A DNA stretch of 64,000 nt from Octopus sinensis (lineage: Eukaryota), in assembly GCF_006345805.1 (NCBI RefSeq), contig NC_043002.1, positions 54,870,001 to 54,934,000 on the forward strand, given 5' to 3'. Both the position numbers and the translations under genes were made by a program. The notes beneath the pieces were generated by a model, which was not told the origin of the DNA, ran no database searches, and worked only from the letters and a program-made list of their open reading frames with translations. The stretch's first letter is position 1, and each line of letters opens with the position of its first letter. Positions 1-12,259 of the stretch are shown piece after piece.

Positions 1-605
1 TGGTGGATTGTAAATACAGGGTGTATAGTATTGATGAGTTCGGTGTGTATGCAATTTTAGTATATATATATATATATATATGTAATGTTCAATGTGTGTG
101 TGTGCATATCTTGATTGAGTACGTGTGTATAGTTCGTGGAAAATACTGATGCATATGGGATGATAACGAATGTGTGTGTGTATGTGTGTGTGGGCTGATT
201 ACATCCGTGTTGGCTATTGTATATATTTGGTGTATATGTTTAAACATGTCTACACACCTGAGTAGTGAATGTTAACGTTGCGAAAATCTGAAGGGATCTT
301 TAGGGATTACTGTGTCTTAGAACACAAAGATATTCCACTTGAACTTCTTTTCTTCGCGATGAGAGGTAAAAAAGGAGGGAATGTTAGATCGAGTCATTTC
401 AATCCCCGATCGATAACTGGGTTAGGTTTGTTTGATAAATTATTTTTATAACTTTTTATCCATCATGTCTCTCTCCCTTTATCACTGCTGATATTTTACA
501 GTATGAGGGTGGGCGCTTTTTTCATTTGTCTCGTTTTTTTTCTTCTTTCTTTTTCTGTATCCTAAAACTATAATCCGTTTCTGATGGGTGTGGACTAGCA
601 AACCT

Positions 606-805
606 TTGGCAAAAAATGAGTTATACCTGTAATTCAAAGGGTCAGCTTTGTCACATTCTGTGTCACGCTGAATCTCCCCGAGGACTACGTTAAGGGTACA
701 CATATCTATGGAGTACTCAGCCACTTGCGCGTTGATTTTTATGAGCAGGCTGTTCCGTTGATCGGATCAAGTGGGACCGTCGTCATCGTAACAGACGGAG
801 TGTCA
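606..805 (+). mobile_element. SINE family C, 3' half
   Basis: Matches reverse complement of full copy at 11124-11440 (ggcaaaaa..atgagtt...ctgaatctccccgag...gacggagtg). Confidence 0.85.
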
Positions 806-1364
806 GTATGTGTGTGTGTTTTCAAGAATTTCTATTTTGAATAAGATAGCGAAGCACTTACATAATACTTAGAACTGCAAGTAAATCCATCTCTATCCAA
901 ATTCCAGTCAAGTAATACAATATTTGATGCCATATATGAAACATTTTTTTTATCCCACCAGAATGTTTAAAAAAAAATCACCTTGGATCCTAGATGCCAA
1001 TTTGGACCTATATTACATGCGTTAAAGCACTAAAAAACTTGTTTTCCTCAAAATGAGCTGCTGAAATAAGGGGTGCGACTACAGGCATCTCTTATGCCAT
1101 CAAACATGGTAAAACGTAATTTGTCCTGCGGTTTTCTTTTCATGATTTAAAGTTTAATTAATTTACGATGTTGTAGTAAAAAGATAAACTAAATCTACAT
1201 GTTTATTAATATCACACACACGCACATACACACACACACACGGTTATCTTTTCTGCGTATGTTTGACACTTTTACCCTTTCCCTCTCTCTCTCTCTCTCA
1301 CATACACAGTCCCTCTCCATTAACAATCAATTGTAAGCATCACCTCTTCCCCTTCCTCTATTGC

Positions 1365-1400
<36 letters not shown>

Positions 1401-1818
1401 CAATACTCACTAATCAACATTAATTCCTCCCTCCCCTTCTCTCTCTTACTCTCTCATAACTTTACTCCGTCTCTTTCGTCTCATCAACCTTAAATTAACT
1501 CCTCCTGCTTCTCCTCCTTCGTTTTTCTTGTTCTCTCTCTCTCTTCGATCTCATTTCAAAATGCCACTGAGATGATTCCTATCCTGCCATCTCACAGAAT
1601 CGATAAAATAAAACAGCCATCAAGTACCAGAGCACATTTAATCGACAAATCCCTTTTCCCTATCTCACCCAAAAAGTTCTTTTGCCCAAATTAGAAACAA
1701 GAACACCTCATCTTACATCTCTTTCTTTTTCTCTTTCTCGCTCCCCTCTCTCTGTATGTGTGAATATATAAATGTGTGTGTAAGTGTGTCATACACATAC
1801 ACAAAGATTATATATTAT

Positions 1819-2112
1819 ATTGCAAAAATAATCAGGAACTTGACTGAGGATAGAAAACTCCGAATGACCCGTCCTTGTTTCCTTGTATCGTTTGTCTGGG
1901 TGTTTTGTTGTCCGTTTTTGTATCACCTCTCTTGATGTTTTGCGTTCTTGTCCCATTTTAGTATTTTATGTGTGTACGTATATATATATATATGTAAAGG
2001 AATACAAAAATGGGACAAGAACGCAAAACATCCAGACAGACGATACAAGGAAACAAGAACGTGTCATTCGGAGTTTTCTATCCTCAGTCGAGTTCCAGAT
2101 TATCTTTACAAT
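1819..2112. mobile_element. Tail-to-tail inverted pair of a short PLE-terminus-like element (family H2) around a (TA)n tract
   Basis: 1819-1970 and 1995-2112 are reverse complements apart from an indel; each has a CTGAGGA...CCGAA hammerhead-like core; third copy at 14717-14832. Confidence 0.65.
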
Positions 2113-2373
2113 TTCGGCAAACAGTGCTATTTTATCCAAGAAAATGTAGGGCTTTGAAAGAAAAGGGTGGGATGGGTGTATAGGACACAGCTCGAAGAAT
2201 TCAGATTTTCTCGAAATAAGACAAGTTTTACCGATGCAGGCTACCACTACCATCACCCTCTTTGGATTCTGTTTTAACTAAAATATTTATTTAATTAATT
2301 ATTTAGAGAACAGCCATCCTAAATCCAATCGTAACATTAGGTTATCATCGCTTGATTTGTGTTTTTTCTTTCC

Positions 2374-2690
2374 CCACATGGTTCCGGGTTCGGTCCCACT
2401 GCGAGGCATCATGAGCAAGAGTTTTCTGCTATAGCCTCGGACCGACCAAAGCCTTGTGAGTGGATACATATGTGTGTGTGTGTGTATGTGTGTCTCACCA
2501 CCACCGCTTGATAACCGGTATTGGTATGTTTACGCTCCTGTAACTTAGCGGTTCGATAAAAGACTGATAGAATAAGCACCAGGCTTAAAAGAATAAATTC
2601 TAGTTTAGGCTTCTTCGACTAAAACCCTTTAAGGCGGTGTTCCAGCATGACCGCAGTTTAATGGCTGAAACAAGTAAAACAAAATATAAG
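2374..2690 (+). mobile_element. SINE family A (5'-truncated)
   Basis: B-box-like ggttcggtccc, gccttgtgagtggat body, internal (TG)n, 3' gcggtgttccagcatg...gaaacaagtaaaa tail. Confidence 0.9.
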
Positions 2691-3078
2691 ACAAATATTT
2701 GTCTCGCTACTTGTTGTGTGTGTGTGTGTGTGTAGTGGCGTTTTACTTTTTGCTTTACTTTCGGAGTTCAAATCCCGCTAAAGTCACTTTATTACTTTTT
2801 TTAATCTTAAAGGTCGGTGCCATAAAGTCCATTAATTCGACAATAATCTTTTTTATACACCCCCCCTCCAAAAGTAAATAAAATTCTTGGGATGCGTGGT
2901 GCTTAACTTTGAAATTGTCATTATTCCTTTCTAGTGCATTAACCGAATCGTTACGGCGGTCGACATTATGGTCACGGTAGAAAGCCTGTAACCAGAGGGC
3001 TAACTCGATCCGGGCTAACGTGGAGCTTAACATCGATAATTTGTACTAATGTATAAAATCATATCTGTATATTTTTAG

Positions 3079-3136
<58 letters not shown>

Positions 3137-3249
3137 TATATATATATTATATATACCACATATTAATGTGACCAGATTATTTTCCTCTTCCATGGTCTCC
3201 GTCACAAGTCCTCTTCCTTGTGTATAATATTTTATTTTAATCAGTAAAT

Positions 3250-3456
3250 ATATCCTCTAACACTTAAACCGGTCATATCCAGCCCAAATATTCTCCCTAT
3301 TGATTGTTAAAACTGACCAGAGCCAGCCTCTTACACCTACCCTGCAATGTCATCGCATCATTGAAATCTCCAAGCTACAAGATAATCTATGATTATTTCA
3401 TAATAATATGCAGAAGCATTGCATTTGATAGAGTAATCTGAATTCGAAAGGATTAC
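3250..3456. mobile_element. Degenerate MITE with possible piggyBac-like (TTAA-CCCT...AGGG-TTAA) ends
   Basis: Decayed termini tatcctctaacact / gaattcgaaaggatta; recognition is tentative. Confidence 0.3.
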
Positions 3457-4310
3457 GAAATCAGCTTTGATCCTTAACTTTCAAGCCAATACTCTCAACT
3501 TGGGAAGGTTTTATTTTTCACACTCCCAAAGTCACTAAACGAAAAATTTTGTAGTACTTAGTGACGCCTCTTGACGTTTTGCGTACGAATCCTTACCATA
3601 TAGATTTTTGCCTTTTATCTTTCGGAAGCGGGGGATAGTTGATAAAATTGTATCAGTCAGGTATTAGGGTCTTTAAGATCGTTTATTCCTCCGCCCAAAA
3701 TTTGAGACCGTTTTAGAAATCAATCTAGAACTCAAGTCACATGAAAATTCATGTGATTTAGGCATGTTTCGTAGCAGGATCTTCAAAATTGTAATTGTTT
3801 GGTGCCTTTAAGTTTTACAAGCCAAAATTTAGGGGTCACCTCCATGGTTTAGAATAGTGTTCAAATTTATGATTCCCCACAGCAATAACAATGAGATGGA
3901 GTTGAGTGATGGCTTGTGAAGAAAAAAAATTGTTTAGATGAGTGTCGTGGTATTAGAGTGAATTATTTTGAGATACAGTTTCGATTCCTGACTGGAAACT
4001 TCCACTTTAACATCGCCATCTTTCGTTTGATGAATATCTTCAAACATCACAAGAACAGAAACGGAATTAAAGGAATTGCTTCTAATTTTGACACAAGGTC
4101 AGCAATTTCGTGGGGTGGGAGAATAGGTTAGTCAATAAGATACAGAACTTGATTAGTTCCATATTTTATTGCCTCCATGTAGATGAAAATCACTGTTACC
4201 TCGGAAGTATTTCAACTCAGAACGCAAAGAGACACTTAACGATTCCACCAAATCCACTGAATCGTTGCACCTTCACTTTCCACCGGACTCCTTAATACTT
4301 GGAATTAAAC

Positions 4311-4530
4311 ATCATATATATATATAGATATATCATATAAAATATCATATATATAGATATATCATATAAAATATCATATATATAGATATATCATATATAT
4401 AGATATATCATATAAAATATCATATATATAGATATATCATATAAAAATATCATATATATAGATATATCATATAAAATATCATATATATATATATATATAT
4501 AGATATATCATATAAAAATATCTTATATAT
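4311..4530. repeat. ~29-bp AT-rich minisatellite (tatcatataaaatatcatatatatagata)n
   Basis: Direct tandem units visible, merging into (TA)n. Confidence 0.9.
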
Positions 4531-4544
4531 AATATATATATATA

Positions 4545-4602
<58 letters not shown>

Positions 4603-4604
<2 letters not shown>

Positions 4605-4755
4605 CGTGGTAAGAAAATTGCTTCCCAACCACATGATTCCGGGTTTAGTCCCACTGCGTAGCACCTTGGGCAAGTGTCTTCTTATATAGCTTCGGGCCAA
4701 CCAAAGCCTTGTAAGTGGATTTGGTAGATGGAAACTGAAAAGAAGCCCGTCGTAT
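4603..4755 (+). mobile_element. SINE family A, 5' half
   Basis: tRNA-like head, caccttgggcaagtgtctt CORE-like segment, gaagcccgtcg. Confidence 0.9.
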
Positions 4756-4758
4756 GTG

Positions 4759-4794
<36 letters not shown>

Positions 4795-4795
4795 T

Positions 4796-5040
4796 GGCAC
4801 TCCGTTGGTTATGATGACGAGTGTTCCAGCTGATCCGATGAACGGAACAGCCTGTTTGTGAAATTAACGTGGAAGTGGCTGATTACTCCAGACACGTGTA
4901 CCCTTAGCATGGTTTTCGGGGAGATTCAGCGTGACACAGAAATATAAGGCTGGCCCTTTGAATTACTACTCACTTTTGCCAGCTGAGCGGACTGGAGCAA
5001 CGTGAAATAAAGTGTCTTGCTGAAGGAGACAACGTGTTGT
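4796..5040 (-). mobile_element. SINE family C
   Basis: Colinear with 11124-11440. Confidence 0.9.
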
Positions 5041-5576
5041 TCTAGAAACGAGTAAAATACCCACGATTTCTTATTTTAGCAGAAAGTCGTGAATTTGTTG
5101 GGACGAAAGAGGAAAAAGTTGTCGGGGTGTGGTGTGGAGTTGATTAAATCAACCATTTGTGTGAATGTGCTTTATGTTATTGCTGAGGGAAGAACGAAAG
5201 GCAAAGATGACCGGATGAAACTGAACTCAGAAAAGGGCGGTATTGAGTACCACAAGGCAACTTGGCCGTTGGTCAAACTACCAATCTGCTGCAATTTTGG
5301 ATAATTTCTTAATTTTTAGGAAAGAGCTGTGTGGTTAGTAGAAGTGCTTAGCCCCAAATCAAAGCGTTCCAGCCATGAGCATCGCATTTAATTTTCAAGA
5401 TTCTAATATTCAAAGTGTCCCTCGTTTATTTTTAACACTGTAATATGTAATTTTGAAGGTCTAACTCAATGAGGAGTTAAAGCCAGAACTTGCTCCTCCT
5501 CCCTTAATTAATTAATGATAATGGGATTAAAGTGATGGAAAGGCCGAAGTTCTTAATCCCTTCTTTTACACTGGGT

Positions 5577-5702
5577 CTGTGGTTCCCAACCTTCTCATTA
5601 CCAAGGACCCCTTTCATTTAAATGAGTTTTCCCACGGACCTCTTTTGATATGACACGAAATTTTGAATTTAGTTCCCATGGACCACAGGTTGGGAACCAC
5701 TA
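5577..5702. mobile_element. hAT-like MITE
   Basis: TIR ctgtggttcccaacc / ggttgggaaccacta; related truncated copy at ~29012-29160. Confidence 0.7.
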
Positions 5703-5806
5703 CTCAGGGTTCAAGTGACATCAGTCATTTGATTCCCTCTTTCATCTCTCCGATATCGATAGCACAAATACCAGTCATATACTGGAACCGCTCAGCTATC
5801 TTTGCA

Positions 5807-6012
5807 CAGTGTTTTTTTAGCCACCCTTCCCTTTTTTTTTTATTGGACCCTCCCAGCCATTCGATGTTTTTAAAATCCTGTTATATTTTTATAATTAATA
5901 TTATTAGGAATTGCATAAAAAAAAAGGTAAAATATTTTGTGTATTGTAGAAGCATAACCGATTTATTGCTAATAGATTTTAACACCATATGGACCCTGGT
6001 TGAGAATCACTG
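5807..6012. mobile_element. hAT-like MITE
   Basis: cagtg...ggttgagaatcactg termini; related copy at 50165-50393. Confidence 0.6.
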
Positions 6013-6027
6013 TTTCAGCACATTTCT

Positions 6028-6419
6028 TGGATCTTTTCGGTTTGAACGGCAGTTTTTAACATAATTTCTAGGTAACTAAAACATTTTAAACTTCGTATAC
6101 TGGTAGAATGTGTTTATAAAACATCTTTTTCTCTTGGCTTTATTGAGAAAATTCTATAGTTTGTAAGATATTTGTTGTTGTTTTTTCTTCAATTTCTGCA
6201 ATTTCACCCAATCAGTTAAAAAGCATTCTGTGCCGTATGAATATGTCCTTCGTTTAAGGAACAGATTGGGTTTATTTACATTTGTGAAGAAAAAAGATAC
6301 CCTTTCCCTAACCCTAAAAGAGATTGAAATGCAATAGAACGATTCTAGGGTCATAATTATGGGTGACAATTTCATATGACACCGCTAGAAAAAACTGTCG
6401 TTCAAACCGAAAAGATCCC
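6028..6419 (-). mobile_element. MITE with ~30-bp TIRs, 6-bp TSD and internal telomeric-type repeats (copy 1; strand relative to copy 2)
   Basis: TIR ggatcttttcggtttgaacggcagttttt / aaaaactgtcgttcaaaccgaaaagatccc; TSD atttct at 6022-6027 and 6420-6425; ccctaaccctaa at 6306-6317. Confidence 0.9.
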
Positions 6420-7604
6420 ATTTCTTTCAGTTTTATCATTGAGCCATTAACGAACGTGAAAACGATGCCCTAAACTTAAAGATCGCCTAACTCCACCACC
6501 AGAAATCTGAAACTGCGGTTCCTTTTACCAATATTGCTGGGCTACTAGATACTGGGTCCTTGAATTTACTCGTAATCACAAACTACAGTTGGACCAACGT
6601 ATGATAAGGGAGGAAAAAGAAAACAGAAACCAAGTTTATTTGTACTCTTTCCTGTCCGTCTTCGTCTCTCCTCCCGTCCTCCATTTCCTCTCCATCTCCT
6701 CACTGTCGTTTTATTATTTTTGGTTCCAATATGAGGAAGCCATCGTCGTCGTGGGTAGAGTGTCGTCTGACACCTCAACCAAGCGATAATATAAGAACAA
6801 CAACTGCCAAGTCAATAATTAAAGGATGATTCAGCAATAGATAACTCTACTTAATAGCTGTTATCCGTCCGTCCGTCCGTATTCACTTCAAATCTACCTT
6901 GCTCAAATCTTGCTTTAACTACATGGCTTTTCGCTTTCTTCTTTCTTTCTTTTTCTCCCCTATTCTCTCTGACTCTTTTATCTACTCTTCTCTCTCTTTT
7001 TCGTCTTTACTCTGTTTCTTCATCTCTTACACCCTTTCTCTCATATTTCTGTCTATTTTCTCTCTTCCACTACCTAACTATTTGACTCTCACCTCTCACC
7101 ATCTCCATCAGTTATACTCTGTCATTCTCACCTTTTCTATATCCTTTCTGCCTCTCTCTCTCTCCCTCAACCCACTCCTCTTTGTTTCTTCATAAATGTT
7201 CCTGTCATTATCTTTCACTCCGTGATTATTTCTCCTCCCTCCCTCTCTCCTCCTCTCTCTCTTATTTTTTTTCTGTCTGCCTTCTCTCTGCTGTTCGCTT
7301 TCCCCCTCCCTCTAGCTTTTAACTCTATTAATCGTACCTCGTATCTCTTACTCTTTCTTCTTCTCTCTACCTCCACTCAAATTCCAGTCGTTTCCTCCCA
7401 AGTAACTATTTAACTTCCCCTCTACCCTCTCTTCCTCTCACTTCTTTTTCGCCTCTCTCTCACCATCATATATTTCCTCCCTCTCCCTCTTTCCCCTTCA
7501 TTTCTTTCACTTTCACTTCTCTTACTCCTTTTGTTTAAGCTTCTCCCTTTCACTCATGTCTATACTTGTCCTTCTCCCGATGTTCCATCCATCCATCCAG
7601 TTTT

Positions 7605-7966
7605 TATCTTTTGAACTTATCTCCGTTTAGACTGTGGCCACGCTGGGGCAACGCATTGAATGGTTAAGTCGAACAGATCGATCCTAACACTCACTTTTTT
7701 AAGTCTGATATTTATTCTGCTTGTCTCTATCGCTGAACCGCTAGTTAAAGGGATGTAGACAAACCGACTCCGGTTGACAAGCTGTGGTGGGGTACACACA
7801 CAGCAGGCTTCTTACAGTTTCCATCTACCAAATCCATTCACAAGGCTTTGGCTGGCCCTGGGCTATAGTAGAAAACAAGAAGACATTTGACTAAGGTGGC
7901 ACACAGCGGGACTGAACCCGGAACCTCGTGCTTGTGAAGCTAACTTTTTATCACACAACCACGCCT
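7605..7966 (-). mobile_element. SINE family A
   Basis: Near full-length reverse copy. Confidence 0.85.
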
Positions 7967-7999
7967 CACACACGCACGCACACACACACACACTAATAA

Positions 8000-8126
8000 T
8001 ATTTTCTACTCTAGGCACAAGGCCCGACATTTTGGTGGAGAGGGCCAGTCAATTAGATCAACTCAGTATACAACTGGTACTTAATTTATCGATCCCGAAA
8101 GGATGAAAGGCAAAGTCGACCTCGGT
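8000..8126 (-). mobile_element. SINE family B, 3' half (B2 tail)
   Basis: actggtacttaatttatcga..ccgaaaggatgaaaggcaaagtcgacctcgg central domain. Confidence 0.9.
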
Positions 8127-8207
8127 GAACACAAATTAATAATGAGAACAGATTTATATATCCAGTTTTATTCTGTTGTCAGTCACATATTATACATACA
8201 TACATTT

Positions 8208-8245
<38 letters not shown>

Positions 8246-8375
8246 TATATATTATATATATGTTGTGTGTGGTGTGTGTGTGTGTGTGTGTATATATGTA
8301 TATATATATAAAACTGATAGATTTCTGCCAGTATAGGCGCAGGCCATGTCTAACTTAATAGCACCACACACACAC

Positions 8376-8429
<54 letters not shown>

Positions 8430-8434
8430 TATAT

Positions 8435-8610
8435 AGTTGGTTAATCCAAACAAGAAAACAAAATAAAAAAAGCAACAACGCAAGGACATGGAACAAATAA
8501 GGTATTATTGGACGCTAAGGGAAGAAGGAGGGTTTGACGTTTCGAGCGGAGCTCTTCGTCGGAAACATAGAAGGAAAGATCCCGAGAAGGGAAGACAGGG
8601 GAAAAAATCG
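8435..8610 (-). mobile_element. Short PLE-terminus-like element, family H1, ending in (TA)n
   Basis: Homologous to 24620-24795, 45820-45948, 47005-47195; contains HHR motif. Confidence 0.75.
8532..8566 (-). ncRNA. Minimal type-I hammerhead ribozyme motif (U4C core variant)
   Basis: Minus strand GUUU-CCGACGA-A-GAGC(UCC)GCUC-GAAA-CGUC-AAAC: stem I, stem II, palindromic ACGU stem III, GUC triplet. Confidence 0.75.
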
Positions 8611-9112
8611 ACATACATATATACTACACATATAATATATATATGTATACATACATATATACTACACATATAATATATATATGTATACATACATATATAC
8701 TACACATATAATATATATATATATATATATCATATATATATACTACACATATAATATATATATATAATATATATAATACATACATATATACTACACATAT
8801 AATATATATATATATATTATATAATATATATATACATACATATATACTACACAATAATATATATATATGTATACATACATATATACTACAATATTAATAA
8901 ATATATATATATATATTATAATATATATATACATACATACATATACTACACATAATAATATATATATATATATATATATAGATATACATACATATATACT
9001 ACACATATATATATATATATATATATACATACATATATACTACACATATAATATATATATATATATATGTATACATACATATATATATATACTACACATA
9101 TAATATATATAT
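8610..9112. repeat. TA-derived minisatellite, ~35-45 bp units anchored on tactacacatataat
   Basis: About 12 tandem imperfect units. Confidence 0.9.
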
Positions 9113-9270
9113 AATTAGGGTTCAGCAAAAAAAATTTACTTTTACCACTCACCGAACTTTTTGAAATAGCAGCCAAAGAATTTAGCTATTTCTCCTACTA
9201 TTAGAAGAGTCTCCCAGACAATATGTATGTATACATACATAAGACAAACACACACACACGTGTGTGTGTG

Positions 9271-9339
9271 TTAATAATTAAGGATGCTACAAATGACACC
9301 ACGCTTACTGGTGCCATTTGTAGCACCCTTAATTATTAA
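9271..9339. repeat. 31-bp-arm hairpin, 7-nt loop
   Basis: ttaataattaaggatgctacaaatgacacca / tggtgccatttgtagcacccttaattattaa, 2 mismatches. Confidence 0.9.
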
Positions 9340-9626
9340 TTTATTTTTTTTTACCTTATGGTATTACCTTCATGGTTATTTACGCATGCTATAATACCAC
9401 TTGATATCAATTGTAAACAATAATATCATTACATATTTTTTATTATATCATTATATATATGCGTGTATATGTACATGTAGAGGTAGGTACGTACATATAT
9501 GTTTATATATATGCATATGTTCTATTTTATTAACATATCATATAATTATATATATATATACAGGAGTAAACACATAAATGTGAAACAAGGTGGAAAAAAG
9601 AGTACTCAAATACCAGTGGTAGAGTA

Positions 9627-9799
9627 ATATGCTTTATTTTAAGCAGCAGAAAATTCAAAAATCTGTTACTTGAGTTTCTCGTTGCCGTTCATCAGACAGT
9701 TTTTGCTAGAATCTAGATTCTAGCAAAAACTGTCTGATGAACGGCAACGAGAAACTCAGAGTAACAGATTTGTTGAATTTTCTGCTGCTTAAAATAAAG

Positions 9800-9804
<5 letters not shown>
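9627..9804. mobile_element. Zero-loop palindrome of a PLE-terminus-like element (family H3) with an HHR on each strand
   Basis: ~88-bp arms centred at 9714/9715 (gctagaatct|agattctagc); right end runs into (TA)n. Confidence 0.85.
9730..9767 (+). ncRNA. Minimal type-I hammerhead ribozyme motif
   Basis: CUGU-CUGAUGA-A-CG(GCAA)CG-A-GAAA-CU(CAG)AG-UA-ACAG; predicted cleavage after GUA at 9763; mirror copy on minus strand ~9663-9699 lacks one stem III base. Confidence 0.75.
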
Positions 9805-9830
<26 letters not shown>

Positions 9831-10226
9831 TACATTACACACTAGCAAGTGCATACATACACACACACACACTGTCGTAAACACACCCACAGTGTTTATT
9901 TTCTGTTTGACTCAATTTTACAAGAAATAAAGTTTCTCAAGAAACTTTATTAATAACAAATAGTTCTGGCCAGACTGGAGCACATCAACTACAGTGTTAA
10001 AAAAAAAACAATTTTTTTTTTTTCCTCATGGTTAAGCCTGCCGCCTCAAGCTGTGTAATGTCGTCGTCAGATCGACCGACGGCTGATGTGACTCTATCGA
10101 AATAACCTTGAAAACCGTTTGTCTGTTACATCATGGAGAAACAGTAGAGAGGGTAATTGCCGTGCGCGTGTGCGACACACGAAATAGATATATATGTGTA
10201 TGTGTGCATATATGTGTGTATGTGTG

Positions 10227-10272
<46 letters not shown>

Positions 10273-10779
10273 AGGTTTTGTGTAGTTTTGCTCTCATATT
10301 TTGGAGATGATATGTGTGTGTGTAGGTGTGGTGATGCAAACAGGATAATTGAACTCAGAGCAAAGGTGTATATACATATATACTCATGAAGCGAAGAGGA
10401 CTAATTTCTTAAGAATAAACAATTAACTTCCTTATCTCCATTTTCATTTTTTAATTTTAATATATATATTATATATATATATTATATATATATATATATA
10501 TATGTATATATGCGTGTGTGTGTGTTTATGTTGTTAAAATGAAAAATAAGTTTACATGAATCGAGTTATTTTATACTTTGTAGAGTACAAATTTATTATT
10601 CTTAAATAAAAATATTATTGACTGTGATTCGAAGTCTCGGCCAGTTAAGCCATCGGTGGAGTGCAATGCATTGAAATTAATCTTAGCATTATATCTGCTT
10701 ATAAAACTCTACATAAATGAATAAATTTTAAACAATAACATTAATAATAATAATAATAATATATATATATAATATATAT

Positions 10780-10827
<48 letters not shown>

Positions 10828-11056
10828 TAAATATATAATATATATATATATATTAAATATATATGATAAAAAAATGGAGTTAACGCAGGTTTTAAAACAA
10901 GTATTTTTACTTTCGACATATGTTTCGAAAATTCCACTGATACTATTCAAAAGAATAAATGGTATAAACAATGCAATCTTCTCTTTTTGTGCTGCCCTAG
11001 TAACTATTTATTTATTTTTCCGTGTTAATTGTTAACAAGGTAAAAATACACTCATC

Positions 11057-11120
<64 letters not shown>

Positions 11121-11123
11121 TAA

Positions 11124-11440
11124 AGACTCCGCCGGTTACGACGACGAGGGTCCCAGCTGATACGATCAACGGAACAGCTGTGCTCGTGAAATTAACTGCA
11201 AATGGCTGAGCATTCCACAGACACGTGTACCTTAACGTAGTTCTCGGGGATAATCAGCGTGACACAGAGAGTGACAAGGCTGACCCTTTGAAATACAAGT
11301 ACAACTCATTTTTGCCAGCTGAGTGGACTGGAGCAACGTGAAATAAAGTGTCTTGCTCAAGGACACAACGCGTCGCCGGGAATCGAACTCACAACCTTAC
11401 GATCATGAGCCGAATGCCCTAACCACTAAGCCACACGCCC
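11124..11440 (-). mobile_element. SINE family C, full length
   Basis: Minus strand tRNA-like head (tggcttagtggttag A-box, gagttcgattccc B-box), tgtccttgagcaagacactt domain, conserved tail. Confidence 0.95.
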
Positions 11441-11495
11441 TATATATATGCACACACACACACACATATACATACATACATATATATACATATAA

Positions 11496-11884
11496 GGTGC
11501 AGGCGTGGCTCTGTATTAAGTTTGCTCGCCAACCATATGATTGTAGGTTCAGTCCTACTGCATAGCGCCTTGGGCGTCTTCTACTATTCCTTGGGCCGAC
11601 CAAAGCCTTGTGTGTGGATTTGGTAGATGGAAACTGAAAGAAGCCCGTCGTACACACGCACACACATGTGTATGTTTGTCCCCTACTACACTGCTTAACA
11701 GCTGGTGTTGGTTTGTTTTCTTCCCCGTTATCTAGCATTTCAGCAGAAGAGACCGATAGAATAAATACCAGGCTTAAAAAAATAAATACCAGGGTCGATT
11801 CGTTCAACTAAAATTCTCCAAGGTGGTGCCCAAGTGTGGCTGCAGTCTAATGACTGAAACAAGTAAAAGAGGAAAGACAAAAGA
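11496..11884 (+). mobile_element. SINE family A, full length
   Basis: Head, internal microsatellite and tail all present. Confidence 0.9.
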
Positions 11885-11975
11885 TGTGTCTATATTATCT
11901 GAAATATATTTTTCCCATTGACCTTTCAACTATAATGGACTTCATGACACCTTCTCCCTTTCTGCCACTCATTCA

Positions 11976-12010
<35 letters not shown>

Positions 12011-12259
12011 TTCATATGTGTGTTTTTGTTGTGTCTTGAGTACACATATCACATCCTCTGGCTTGCAGATATCTATACACGGGTTATAGTGGTGGTGGGT
12101 GGTGGTGGTGGCTGTGGTAGATGATGATGATTGGCAGTCCTCCTCCTCCACTGCACTCTACCCTCTTGCAACGATGCACTGCCACTTCCGGCTTGTCATC
12201 ATGGTGCACTACCTCCTACTATGATGATGATGATGATGATAATAATAATAATGATATTA

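Noticed and set aside
11370-11440. tRNA gene-like sequence (also other SINE heads)
   Set aside because: A and B boxes continue into a SINE body; no complete cloverleaf or terminator
11403-11807. 134-aa ORF with a signal-peptide-like N-terminus
   Set aside because: Lies over SINE A antisense sequence and the head of SINE C
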